Virus record (IMG/VR): IMGVR_UViG_3300029288_000128
Span: 26,152-90,151 of that record
Origin: a virus
Taxonomy: Duplodnaviria; Heunggongvirae; Uroviricota; Caudoviricetes
Direction: 5' to 3' (one strand)
DNA length: 64,000 nucleotides
Shown in pieces: positions 47,998 to 57,759 of the stretch; the stretch's first letter is position 1; every line of letters starts with the position of its first letter. Below the pieces are notes generated by a model. It searched no databases and was not told where the DNA came from. It was given only the letters and a program-made list of their open reading frames with translations. The position numbers and the translations under genes are program-made.

Positions 47998-48630
47998 CTA
48001 CTTTTTTAACTGTTTCAATACATAGAAAGGCTTCAATACTTCATCCATATCATGCATTAAACACTTCATCTCAAGTACAAACTCTGAGAAAAGATCTACT
48101 GAATTAAATACATAGGTTATGAAACCGGATTGTTCCATGTCTCGTTTCTGATACTTAGTCATCAGTGGATAATCTCTTCTGAATGAATGCCAATCATCCA
48201 GAGGAACAAATGAATAACCACCTTTGAACTGCGCGATTTCCACGGCTGCTGCGTAACACTTGTTCCACGCGCCAATAGCTCGTTCAATAAAAGAAAAGAA
48301 GAGCTGTAACCTATCCTGATCAACGCCAGGGTTATCAACAAGAGATCTGAAGTCGAAAAGTTTCTTGATACTATTACTATCTTCGTGATCAACTCTAGAA
48401 AACATCTGATTCTCACCAATAAGATATCTTACATGTCCAAAGTCTTGGAATAATCTGACTGGTGTCCTGCCATTCTTAACTTTTAAACCATGCTTCTCGC
48501 ATAGAACCAAGTTACTCATGGCCCCGGCCACTGGTATAGGCATAGAACTCTTTGACATGATCCCGAGTAAAACACTGAACCTGTATTCCATAGACGTATG
48601 GATAACAGGAGTGTAATTAAAACATTTCAT
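47998..48630 (-). CDS. hypothetical protein
   Basis: ORF, no motif recognised. Confidence 0.3.
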   Translation of the reverse strand: MKCFNYTPVIHTSMEYRFSVLLGIMSKSSMPIPVAGAMSNLVLCEKHGLKVKNGRTPVRLFQDFGHVRYLIGENQMFSRVDHEDSNSIKKLFDFRSLVDNPGVDQDRLQLFFSFIERAIGAWNKCYAAAVEIAQFKGGYSFVPLDDWHSFRRDYPLMTKYQKRDMEQSGFITYVFNSVDLFSEFVLEMKCLMHDMDEVLKPFYVLKQLKK

Positions 48631-48634
48631 AGGC

Positions 48635-49387
48635 TTAAATCATGCGGAGTTTCTCATGCCGCAAATTATTTAACACTTTATAATCTGTAGTAGCTGCTTG
48701 AAATTCAAGAAGCAACTCAGTCTTTAAACTTTCAATCATTGATATTCTTTGATTACATTCATTGTAATACGGAACCAATTCCTCGATCCTTTCAAAAGCA
48801 TCCATGACTTCTTCATAAACATAACCGCACAGACTATCAATAGCTTTTAATTTCCCTACATCTTTGTCAGAAAATAAATCAACATAGATACTAGCTAACT
48901 TACAAAGTTTAATCGACAACTCAATATACTTGGGCACACGATCCTGATGTATCAATGCAGCATTGTTTATCGGTATCAACATATTCAATGCAGTATCTTG
49001 CATTTTATGAAAGAATCCATCATCAGTAAATTTAGGATATCCTTTTGTATAATCATTTACATTGCCAAATCTAAATGGATCATAACTGCTATAGCATCTA
49101 TGAAGTTTAACACCATACAAATAATTCAAAGCATAACCATTGTGCTTGACTGTATGTCGTACCTTAATCATCGAAGCTACATAACAAAGCCACTCCTTCA
49201 TAATCTCTCGAAGATTAATGTTGGAGTAACTATCTATCTTAAGCTTACCAGCAGGAAAGATATCTTTTAATATAGTTGCCATCTTATCCCTGTCCTTAGA
49301 CATGTTGCTGTCAGCTTCAGCGTATATAGCATTGTATTTCCTAAACGATTCACGTTGATCTAACAATTTTTGTATTGTTTTGTTCAT
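48635..49387 (-). CDS. hypothetical protein
   Basis: ORF. Confidence 0.3.
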   Translation of the reverse strand: MNKTIQKLLDQRESFRKYNAIYAEADSNMSKDRDKMATILKDIFPAGKLKIDSYSNINLREIMKEWLCYVASMIKVRHTVKHNGYALNYLYGVKLHRCYSSYDPFRFGNVNDYTKGYPKFTDDGFFHKMQDTALNMLIPINNAALIHQDRVPKYIELSIKLCKLASIYVDLFSDKDVGKLKAIDSLCGYVYEEVMDAFERIEELVPYYNECNQRISMIESLKTELLLEFQAATTDYKVLNNLRHEKLRMI

Positions 49388-50271
49388 AAAAGTTTTCTTA
49401 ATACTTTAAACGGAATGGTATATTGCTTCATACCATTGATAAAAACATTGCATACTTCTATGCTCTTGCGTTTTTCTATCTCTGCTTTGTGTATCTTGTC
49501 TATGAAATCATCATAGTTTTCTATGACATCACCCAGTAACGATTGGAGTCTACGTGTATACGGGCCAGTATTCCCATGACTTTCACTACCACAATAATCT
49601 AACAGTTCCATGATCTCAGTGTTATCTTGGTATGATGAGCTCTTAGTAGACTTTCTTTTCAAGATAGAAAACTTTCTACTCTTAAGATATACAAGCATTG
49701 ATTCATTGGCAAACGGTAACAACTTAGAACCTACCAAAGGTTTCTCTTGGTTAAGATCGAAGTACGAACCACAACGATTATCATAGAATAACAGTCTGTC
49801 TTTATAAGCCATGACTTCACGAAGATACTTCATGAAGATATCAAATCTAACCTGATCAATTTGCTTAGGAACTTTTTTCAAAGCAGATAATTCCAAAAGC
49901 AAAGTTGGCTTATCGCTTTCATCTTTGCTACGCTTTATTCTTAGATCTCCATTGCTATCGATACTATGGCTTTCTACTATAAATTTAATATCATCGTTTG
50001 AACTATGATAAAAATGTATATAAGGTTTCTGCTCTATAAAAGCATCTTCTGTGTTCGACCAGCCACATGAAGTAACTTTTATTCTGCCTGTTCTGTATAT
50101 AACACACGTCGCTAGTAAATACTTCAACTCGCTTTCAAGATCATTAACGACATTACGCATTTCGATATCCATTATATTAGGATGTCTACTGCGGAATGTA
50201 TTGTAGAAAGCTATTTGATTCTTACGGTATACCTCCTTAGCACTATAAACATTCTGTAATATTTCTTTCAT
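49384..50271 (-). CDS. hypothetical protein
   Basis: ORF. Confidence 0.3.
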   Translation of the reverse strand: MKEILQNVYSAKEVYRKNQIAFYNTFRSRHPNIMDIEMRNVVNDLESELKYLLATCVIYRTGRIKVTSCGWSNTEDAFIEQKPYIHFYHSSNDDIKFIVESHSIDSNGDLRIKRSKDESDKPTLLLELSALKKVPKQIDQVRFDIFMKYLREVMAYKDRLLFYDNRCGSYFDLNQEKPLVGSKLLPFANESMLVYLKSRKFSILKRKSTKSSSYQDNTEIMELLDYCGSESHGNTGPYTRRLQSLLGDVIENYDDFIDKIHKAEIEKRKSIEVCNVFINGMKQYTIPFKVLRKLL

Positions 50272-50279
50272 AATTTGAA

Positions 50280-50305
50280 AGAGGGTGCCACGCTGGACAC
50301 CCTCT
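50280..50305 (-). terminator. terminator-like hairpin
   Basis: AGAGGGTG-N10-CACCCTCT directly downstream of the 50315 gene end; weak T tract on the minus strand, stronger on the plus strand. Confidence 0.35.
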
Positions 50306-50314
50306 GATTATTAT

Positions 50315-51517
50315 TTAATTTTGCTGTTCTAGAACAAGCTTTCTACCGAACGGCGGGTTACTTCTAGTCGAATCAGTAACCCAGAACGTATCATATTGAG
50401 GTGGATCTTTAGGAAAACTTCCGTCAAGATCAGTAAAGAATACTAACGAATCTATCTTATCAGAGAATTCTTTCTTCACCCATTCAAAGACTGGCCTGAA
50501 ATCGGTACCGCCTCCGCCTTGCAGTAACAGTCTAGACAACTCGTCTGCTTTTACTTTCTTAGCTTCGTAAACTTGAGCATCACAATCGGTAACCCATAGC
50601 TCAAGGAATTGAAACGTTGTTGCCAACCCGTATAGTTCGGAGATAGCTTTTGTTATCTGTTCTTTCGACATAGAACCAGATGTATCAATAGCAGCGACGA
50701 CCTTTATGCCACTGGCTTTTGATCTACCTGGGAAAAAATACTGAGGGAAATATCTTTTACTTGGCTTCTGCCACGTATGCTTAGTAGCCATACGTCTGAA
50801 TCTCTGCTTAAGAATCTGATTCCAAGGCAACTCAGAATTCTCAAGCTTATATATTTCTCTCATTACACCTGCTGGTGTGTTGCCACGAGACTGTTGAGCA
50901 GCTGAGTAAACTCTGCCCTGCCATTCTCTAGATAGCCTGCCAACTTGATTGGGCGATACAGCTTCGAATCCTTTTTGTTTCATGTCATCTTCTTCAGCTG
51001 GAGTCTGAGCAGGCATTATTAAATCGCATTCATACTTGAAGTTAGGTGGTAGCAACTTCTTAAGTTCATAGTAAACTTGATCAGAAGTTTTTTCTTTGAT
51101 ATTGCTTATCTTTATTTTCTTACCACCCTCTACATTAACAGTCCAGGAATCTGAATAACCCTCGCCAACGAGAGCACCTTTGGTCAAAACCATTTCTGCT
51201 TTGCCCCGGATCTCCTCGTTGACTTTAAGATCACAAGCCACATTCCATAACTGCTTGTCACGGATACCAATCCTTTCAAGATGTCTGAATGCAATATGCA
51301 AAATCTCATGGCACATTACTGCTCTGATATTTTCATCTGATAATTCTTCCATGAATTTCTTATTGTAATACAGATTGCCATGCATATCTATCGCTGCCGT
51401 AGGCACATGGCCTGACTCGATAAACGTTAGATAGCAAGACAACTGTCCAAACCAAGACCAATCTACCTTGGTTATAAGAAATATCTTTGCTTTAATAAGG
51501 CGATCCTTAAGTTCCAT
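50315..51517 (-). CDS. VWA-domain protein with N-terminal HExxH metallopeptidase-like domain (DUF2201-like)
   Basis: CHEILHIAFRH at the N-terminus; C-terminal VAAIDTSGSMS is a MIDAS DxSxS motif; ...GGGTDF. Confidence 0.55.
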   Translation of the reverse strand: MELKDRLIKAKIFLITKVDWSWFGQLSCYLTFIESGHVPTAAIDMHGNLYYNKKFMEELSDENIRAVMCHEILHIAFRHLERIGIRDKQLWNVACDLKVNEEIRGKAEMVLTKGALVGEGYSDSWTVNVEGGKKIKISNIKEKTSDQVYYELKKLLPPNFKYECDLIMPAQTPAEEDDMKQKGFEAVSPNQVGRLSREWQGRVYSAAQQSRGNTPAGVMREIYKLENSELPWNQILKQRFRRMATKHTWQKPSKRYFPQYFFPGRSKASGIKVVAAIDTSGSMSKEQITKAISELYGLATTFQFLELWVTDCDAQVYEAKKVKADELSRLLLQGGGGTDFRPVFEWVKKEFSDKIDSLVFFTDLDGSFPKDPPQYDTFWVTDSTRSNPPFGRKLVLEQQN

Positions 51518-51830
51518 AAGCGTATACAGGTGCAGTGCGAATCTCTTCTTCTAATCTTTTATGGTAGACAAAGGCTTCTACTTCTGTTGAATAAAATGAT
51601 CTACCTTTGTATGTACATGGAGTATAATAGTAACCATCAATGGCTATGCCATATGAGATTACTTCCATGGCAATTTGCCTGGGAATTTTTCCATAACGTA
51701 CATAGACTTCTGTTTTGTAAGCACCATAGTTAGGATCGGTAGACCAATAAGTATTTTTGTTATCATTGTCACTGGTAATAATTAGATAGAATTTATTTCC
51801 GCGCTGCACTTCTGTTTTAAGTAACTGCAT
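51507..51830 (-). CDS. hypothetical protein
   Basis: ORF between the VWA and AAA+ genes. Confidence 0.3.
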   Translation of the reverse strand: MQLLKTEVQRGNKFYLIITSDNDNKNTYWSTDPNYGAYKTEVYVRYGKIPRQIAMEVISYGIAIDGYYYTPCTYKGRSFYSTEVEAFVYHKRLEEEIRTAPVYAYGT

Positions 51831-51833
51831 AAA

Positions 51834-52199
51834 TTAAAAAGGCACTGTCTTGTCATTCTTCGGCTTACCAGCATCTTTCATTTGCTCAAGAGCAGCCTTT
51901 GCTTTTATAGCTGAAAGTTCATCAGGATACATAAAGACTGACATAGTCTTCAATGTTATCCCACCCTCATCAGAGATATCTGCCTTGTACAAGAAAGTAG
52001 TATCTTCATTCGACCTATTCTTTTTGAATGCGTACGAAGATAGATAACTACTTCCTACTGCTGCTATCCTAAAGAAGCTGTCTGACAAAAGATTCCAAAG
52101 TTCCAATGCCTTTGACTTATCATCTGTGGCAATGTATTCATTACCACCTATGCTTACATAATAAATTATTTTTACTACTTCTTTTTTTTCTTCTGTCAT
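51834..52199 (-). CDS. hypothetical protein
   Basis: ORF between the VWA and AAA+ genes. Confidence 0.3.
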   Translation of the reverse strand: MTEEKKEVVKIIYYVSIGGNEYIATDDKSKALELWNLLSDSFFRIAAVGSSYLSSYAFKKNRSNEDTTFLYKADISDEGGITLKTMSVFMYPDELSAIKAKAALEQMKDAGKPKNDKTVPF

Positions 52200-52201
52200 A
52201 A

Positions 52202-53371
52202 TTATATAACATCGAAGAAGATACCTAACCTTGTAAGCAAGGTGTGGAATCCTTTCTCTGCTGTTAGCTCGATCATGCGTCTTCGATTAGTTAATATCAT
52301 TGTCATGAATGTAACTGAGAACTCTGGAGACATAGCACTGGCAACAGCAAGAGTTTCTGCTGCTTTCAAGCCATGCTCTTTCTTGACCCACATGTTTCCT
52401 ATACTGTAAACAATGGCGTACATCATCGAAGCACGCTCTGGAAGTTTATTAATCTCTTTGAATTCACCCTCTGGGTCTTTCAATATCTTATCGATATCGA
52501 TCTTACCCATCATCTTAACGAACGACACAAACTTAGCAGCTGTTGGAGCACCAACACATGACGCAGCTAGTGTGTAAATAGTGTCAGCACCTGAATCATC
52601 TTTCTGATTAGTAGTCTTGAGACCTTGAATCATAAGGCCAAGTGAATGCCATGTTGAAGGAAATGGATTCGCCTTGTTATCAATCAATTTTTCATCATAC
52701 TTTTGAGGAAACAAGTCATCACTAAAACTTGAGAGATAGGCTGGGATTCTAAAATCAATACCTATCTTTGTAAAATAATCTGTTACCTCCTTGACTGTAG
52801 GACTAACTGATAGATGGCAAAATCTTCTAAGCAAAGCCAGTGAAGACGTATTCACTGAACAGAAATCATTCTCTGTATTGGAAGCTGCCACTCTCCAGAA
52901 TGTATGCTTGCCATTTTGATCTATCACTGGTGGTAGAGAACCGTATCTGCCTTCCAATATAATTTGGTAGCAGGCACTTCTTGTCGTATCGTCGGCTTGG
53001 TTCATTTCGTCAAAAAACAAAATCCCTTGCCCATATCTTGGAAGCTCAGCTGTTGGAACAAACTCTGTATATGATTTTGTTTTATCATTAGCATCTATGA
53101 TAACCTGAGGCATACCTCTCAAGTCTGGAGAATCGAACTGACTCAAAGTGATTACTTTGAGAGTGAATATACCTTCACCGAATTCATCTTCTGAATATCT
53201 AAGCTTCAATTTCTCAGCTTGAGCCTGAGCAAACTGACGTATCGCTGAGGTCTTGCCAGTTGATGGCCTACCCCATAGATACAATGGTTGTCTGTTGTCA
53301 TAGAACAAAGGCAACACATTTTTAAGCTGTGTTAAATCTACTTGTTGTAATGAATCAGTTTTCTGAGCCAT
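52202..53371 (-). CDS. MoxR-like AAA+ ATPase
   Basis: Walker A LWGRPSTGKTS, Walker B ILFFDEMNQA, sensor RVAASN, arginine finger LLRRF. Confidence 0.55.
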   Translation of the reverse strand: MAQKTDSLQQVDLTQLKNVLPLFYDNRQPLYLWGRPSTGKTSAIRQFAQAQAEKLKLRYSEDEFGEGIFTLKVITLSQFDSPDLRGMPQVIIDANDKTKSYTEFVPTAELPRYGQGILFFDEMNQADDTTRSACYQIILEGRYGSLPPVIDQNGKHTFWRVAASNTENDFCSVNTSSLALLRRFCHLSVSPTVKEVTDYFTKIGIDFRIPAYLSSFSDDLFPQKYDEKLIDNKANPFPSTWHSLGLMIQGLKTTNQKDDSGADTIYTLAASCVGAPTAAKFVSFVKMMGKIDIDKILKDPEGEFKEINKLPERASMMYAIVYSIGNMWVKKEHGLKAAETLAVASAMSPEFSVTFMTMILTNRRRMIELTAEKGFHTLLTRLGIFFDVI

Positions 53372-53374
53372 AAA

Positions 53375-53611
53375 TTATTTCTTTAATAAAGGTTCGAGTG
53401 TATCGAGCCTCGAATTAATTATACTATCTATCAAACTTTGATGCCATTTATCTTCAGGATTAAACCTGGGCACACTGCTCCACCTGTCTGATATCTCTAT
53501 ACAGGATGAAAGCAGTGGCTCGGTCATCTCGTTAAACTTGATTTTGAATCTATCAAAGACAATGGCATTGAAACGCTTTGATATATATTTCTTTTTATCT
53601 TGATCTATCAT
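53375..53611 (-). CDS. hypothetical protein
   Basis: ORF. Confidence 0.25.
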   Translation of the reverse strand: MIDQDKKKYISKRFNAIVFDRFKIKFNEMTEPLLSSCIEISDRWSSVPRFNPEDKWHQSLIDSIINSRLDTLEPLLKK

Positions 53612-53813
53612 ACTCAGAAACCGTGTCCATAATAACTCTAGTTATTTCTGAGTCAGCCATCTCCCAAGTATCCCATAGCTTATCAGGTAACTTAGCAGTT
53701 ACTAAGGCAACGATGTTATCTCCCGAGTACCGTGCGATATTCGGTTGTTGTTTTAAGATCTTAAGCGTAGTCTCTTTGACTAGCTTAATGTATCTCTTGC
53801 CAATTGATCTCAT
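53595..53813 (-). CDS. hypothetical protein
   Basis: ORF. Confidence 0.25.
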   Translation of the reverse strand: MRSIGKRYIKLVKETTLKILKQQPNIARYSGDNIVALVTAKLPDKLWDTWEMADSEITRVIMDTVSEYDRSR

Positions 53814-53828
53814 AATTTAGAGAACAAA

Positions 53829-53858
53829 CAGTTAATTACTAAGAGTAGTAATTAACTG
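53829..53858 (-). terminator. rho-independent terminator (minus strand)
   Basis: 13-bp stem CAGTTAATTACTA/TAGTAATTAACTG with loop AGAG, followed on the minus strand by TTTGTTCT. Confidence 0.45.
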
Positions 53859-54475
53859 GTTGTTCGAGAAAGATACTTACTTAATATCTGGAAGTCATCT
53901 TTTAGTATTGGCATCAGACTGCCATTGTACAAGGCTGCTGCTGGATGATACATAACCATGAGCTTAAGCTCAGCTTTAGATACATCTCCTGCCTTGATAG
54001 CAATGTCATGAAAGACTTGGTCGACCTCCAAGATCTTTCCATGGATTGTTCCCATACTTATTTGTTCTTTACATCCAAACAATTGCAGAACTAATCCAGC
54101 TGAATGCCTGCCTAAACATACAATTACTTTAGGCTTTACTACTTCTATCTGCCTAGTTAAAAACGATAGACACGCAGACTTCTCTGTCTCCAAAGGATCC
54201 CGATTCTCTGGCGGTCTACATTTTAAAACATTACAGATGTAAACATCTTGACGTTGCAAATTTATACTAGCCAGTAGCTTGTCTAATGTCTTACCGGCTG
54301 CGCCTACGAACGGAGTACCAGTCTTATCTTCATCAGATCTAGGAGCTTCGCCTACAAACATGACACTAGCGTCATGATTGCCTTGCCCTACGACTGGTAA
54401 GTTTCTTGACTTGCATAAACTGCAAGCAGTACAAGCTACAACATCATCTCTGATTTGTTTCATTGTATCACTCAT
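53852..54475 (-). CDS. uracil-DNA glycosylase family 4
   Basis: CTACSLC...VVGQGN...VMFVGEAPR...GTPFVGAAGKTLDKLL...ICNVLKCRPPENRDP...HPAA motifs. Confidence 0.6.
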   Translation of the reverse strand: MSDTMKQIRDDVVACTACSLCKSRNLPVVGQGNHDASVMFVGEAPRSDEDKTGTPFVGAAGKTLDKLLASINLQRQDVYICNVLKCRPPENRDPLETEKSACLSFLTRQIEVVKPKVIVCLGRHSAGLVLQLFGCKEQISMGTIHGKILEVDQVFHDIAIKAGDVSKAELKLMVMYHPAAALYNGSLMPILKDDFQILSKYLSRTTS

Positions 54476-54478
54476 AAA

Positions 54479-54715
54479 TTATTCTTTATCTTCAAGCTGA
54501 AGCTTGCGAATTATATTAACCTTGCTAACAAGCTCATACAATTTGAAGTTGTTAACACACTCATGGCAAACAGTACAATCATAACTTGATTTCTGCCCTG
54601 GCTTATACCAGGTATCAAAAGTAATTGTATACTTCTGATCTTCTGGTTTCATCTTTGAACCGCAGGCTTCACAAGTATTGAATACTCTAGCCATGATCTT
54701 AGTTATTGTTCCCAT
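54479..54715 (-). CDS. small zinc-ribbon protein
   Basis: CEACG...CTVCHEC. Confidence 0.3.
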   Translation of the reverse strand: MGTITKIMARVFNTCEACGSKMKPEDQKYTITFDTWYKPGQKSSYDCTVCHECVNNFKLYELVSKVNIIRKLQLEDKE

Positions 54716-54919
54716 AGTTAAAAGTCTAGCAAGCCACGTTTATCGATCTCCTCTCTGATTGCTGCTATCAACAGAGAGATACTTAATATCTTTTCAGCTG
54801 GCGTATCTTTTTCGGCATAGCCTGCTCTCACTTTACGAAAGTAATTGTGAGCATTAATTAGATGCCAGCTATCCATCTTTTGGATCTCAACGATTTGCTT
54901 GTTTCGATTATGATATTTA

Positions 54920-55330
54920 TCAATCATAGTCCTTGTCATCACCATCGTTTGCATAGTCACGGAAGCGATCCGCGCAGTCCTCACAATACTTAGGAACTCC
55001 ATGACGATAGCAATTGACAGTAACATAACTTAAGTTATTGCAATGATGACATCTAATCTTATACACAATAGCATAGCTATAGTTAGTATAATTAGTTTCG
55101 AGTTCTATCAAGTCCACTATGCTGACAACCTGGGTTATTCTCTTTTTGTCCTGACTTAAGATATGTTTGAAAGCATTCAGAATTATACCAGCTAACTTGT
55201 ATGTTCTTGCATGATCCAATCGCTTGAATCTGCAAAAGATACCTAGCTTATTATCTATAAGTATATCACACTTTTCAAGTTGATCTATAACATCAACTAG
55301 TTTATTGAATTTTTTCATACTTGCCTTCAT
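54920..55330 (-). CDS. zinc-finger hypothetical protein
   Basis: CHHCNN...CEDC; overlaps ORF 54718-55026. Confidence 0.3.
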   Translation of the reverse strand: MKASMKKFNKLVDVIDQLEKCDILIDNKLGIFCRFKRLDHARTYKLAGIILNAFKHILSQDKKRITQVVSIVDLIELETNYTNYSYAIVYKIRCHHCNNLSYVTVNCYRHGVPKYCEDCADRFRDYANDGDDKDYD

Positions 55331-55703
55331 ACATATCCAGGAACTTCCTAAGCATAGGTATCGTTCTTGGATTAGTGAAATCTAATTGTGAAGCTTTCCT
55401 AGTATTGCATTCCTTGCAAAGAAGTTCAAGATTATCTCGACCTGGATAATCAAGAAGATTCAATGTAAACAAGATAGCCTTTGGTATGATGTGATCAATG
55501 GTAAGGAGATGGATGTCATGCAACACATGGCATTTCATGCACACACACCCATCTCGCTTTACCAATTCATTCCTAATATTTCTTTTGTCAGCTAGTGACT
55601 TACGGAATGCTATCTTAATACCAAGCTCATTGGCTTTCATGCTTATCATCTTGATAGTTTTATCATCTAAAAATTCTGACAATAATTTTTCAAGATTATT
55701 CAT
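55302..55703 (-). CDS. HNH endonuclease
   Basis: CVCMKCH...IDHIIPKA...LELLCKECN. Confidence 0.5.
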   Translation of the reverse strand: MNNLEKLLSEFLDDKTIKMISMKANELGIKIAFRKSLADKRNIRNELVKRDGCVCMKCHVLHDIHLLTIDHIIPKAILFTLNLLDYPGRDNLELLCKECNTRKASQLDFTNPRTIPMLRKFLDMYEGKYEKIQ

Positions 55704-55713
55704 GAAGTTGATC

Positions 55714-56187
55714 TTATTTATTTAACAATGACCTTACACTTTTGGAAAATCTTTCTGATTTACCACGTCTGATAGACGACAGAACATTCATGACAGATTT
55801 ATGACTGTGCCTTTTCAAATTCTTCGAAAGCTTTCTTGCTGTCTTATCTTTGTTAGCAACAATGAAATCAATCTCAGCTTTAGTCCATCTTGATCTGCGG
55901 ATCTTACCGACTGGAGTCTTACGAACTTTCTTTCTGGTAATACCATCAACTAATTTCTTGGGAGCTGGAATGTCTTGGTCGACTTTGTCCTCATCCTTTT
56001 TGGATTCATGTCCCTGCACAAAATTGTTTAAGATAGAACCTATCTTAAGCCCAGCTATCACTCCGTTCTTAACAAGAGTTTCAGTTGAAGCATCTTTCTT
56101 GGCACCAAGGTGCAATAGAACTAACTTAGCTAAATCCAAATCATCTGTTTTGATTTTTGAATTCTCATTCTTGATTACGATTTTCAT
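55714..56187 (-). CDS. basic hypothetical protein
   Basis: Lys/Arg-rich C-terminus. Confidence 0.3.
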   Translation of the reverse strand: MKIVIKNENSKIKTDDLDLAKLVLLHLGAKKDASTETLVKNGVIAGLKIGSILNNFVQGHESKKDEDKVDQDIPAPKKLVDGITRKKVRKTPVGKIRRSRWTKAEIDFIVANKDKTARKLSKNLKRHSHKSVMNVLSSIRRGKSERFSKSVRSLLNK

Positions 56188-56360
56188 AATGTTTAATAGT
56201 TATGTCGCTCAAGAAGCGACTCTTTATAATCTTTATTAACATCTTCAGTCATCTTGTAATCATACTTATCAAGGGCTGAATGTCCCTGGCAATATCTCAA
56301 GTTGCCTTGAGTATTTTCTTTCGTCTGCTTACCGCAGGTCTGACAGAATGTACGCATAAA

Positions 56361-56654
56361 TTATTCTGCTTTATCCATTGCTTCAGCAGTAAACTTACTG
56401 AACGCATTGGTTGCCAGATAAAATTCATTGTACCATACGTACATCTTACGCATGATAGCGGGCAGATCCTTGCCAGATATATACACGGCAAGCATTGTAT
56501 CATCCCTCTTCGTCGACCCTGGAAGAGCGAAGTATGCCTTAGCAAATAATTTATCTGACGTTTTCTCATTGTATCTGATCTCGAGTTTCTTTAATACTTT
56601 ACCATTTAAGAAATCGAAATCTTTAAGCTTAAGCTCTGTTAGTTCTTCAGCCAT
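56361..56654 (-). CDS. hypothetical protein
   Basis: ORF. Confidence 0.3.
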   Translation of the reverse strand: MAEELTELKLKDFDFLNGKVLKKLEIRYNEKTSDKLFAKAYFALPGSTKRDDTMLAVYISGKDLPAIMRKMYVWYNEFYLATNAFSKFTAEAMDKAE

Positions 56655-56668
56655 AATAATGTTATTAT

Positions 56669-57565
56669 TTATTTAGCTTCACCTTTAAGTTTAAACAAAA
56701 CTTTGTAAGGCTTATTAACTTCGTTGATCTCATCTAATAATTTATAACCTATCCTAAGGAACCTACGCTTCTCATCAGCAAGCTTAATTAATTTTATTTG
56801 CAATGATTCAAGCTCAGCTTCATCTACTGTATGATAGCCAAAGGCTATGATCATCTGGCTCAAAGTATACTTCGGTGTCCTAGTATAATACATTTGACTA
56901 GTAGAAGTATTATGATCTGATATACTGGTAGCAAATTCTTTAAGTAGTTTAAACCACTTGAAGAATTGTTCCACTCTTTCTTTAATAACTTTACTATCAG
57001 GTAGTTCATTAAGATGATTCAAATGTAATGTCCTATTGATTATACCTATATCATCTACTTGCCATAAGTCATTGTTGTGTAAGAAGTTTGAACATTTAAG
57101 TAACTCAAAATCACACGAGTCTTGTCTACTACCTTTGTATCTAAGCCCAGGATTTCTTGTTAGATAAACATCATGGTAACAACTATGATTGTAATCAGCA
57201 TAGTCTTTTTCAAAGTCTGTATAATTCTTGAATGATCCAGGTAAATCTATTTCATATCTAATACTGCCTTTGATTACAATCCTGCCTGACTTAAACTTAA
57301 CACAAGATGAAAGTAAAAAGTTTAATTGTTTATCTAACTTCTCATATAAATCTTTTATCTTCTCATCTTTCAATAAGATGCTATGCTCCGAAAATAATTT
57401 CTTCAAACTCATGAAGACATTATCGTTCTCGAATATCTTTGGTATTGTTGTCATATGGTATCTTATATAATTTTCTGTCAACAAATTCCTGACGCTTAGC
57501 GTCATTCCATTGCTTAACAGGGCGAAGATACCCAGTAACTCTGGAATATACTTCGCATTCAACAC
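56669..57565 (-). CDS. hypothetical protein
   Basis: ORF. Confidence 0.3.
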   Translation of the reverse strand: MLNAKYIPELLGIFALLSNGMTLSVRNLLTENYIRYHMTTIPKIFENDNVFMSLKKLFSEHSILLKDEKIKDLYEKLDKQLNFLLSSCVKFKSGRIVIKGSIRYEIDLPGSFKNYTDFEKDYADYNHSCYHDVYLTRNPGLRYKGSRQDSCDFELLKCSNFLHNNDLWQVDDIGIINRTLHLNHLNELPDSKVIKERVEQFFKWFKLLKEFATSISDHNTSTSQMYYTRTPKYTLSQMIIAFGYHTVDEAELESLQIKLIKLADEKRRFLRIGYKLLDEINEVNKPYKVLFKLKGEAK

Positions 57566-57759
57566 GCTGTTTCATATGTTTAAACATCTAAGAATGTTTT
57601 ATAACCTTGCCAATCCATGCGAGCCTTAACAAACTTCTCTGTCCAAGCAGTAAACTCATGCTCATCCATGTGTTCTTGCTCGCTGTTGGCCATGATCTCA
57701 AACATTCTATCGATTACAGCAACCGTTTCAGGTTGTAATTTAATTGCTCCATCCATAAA

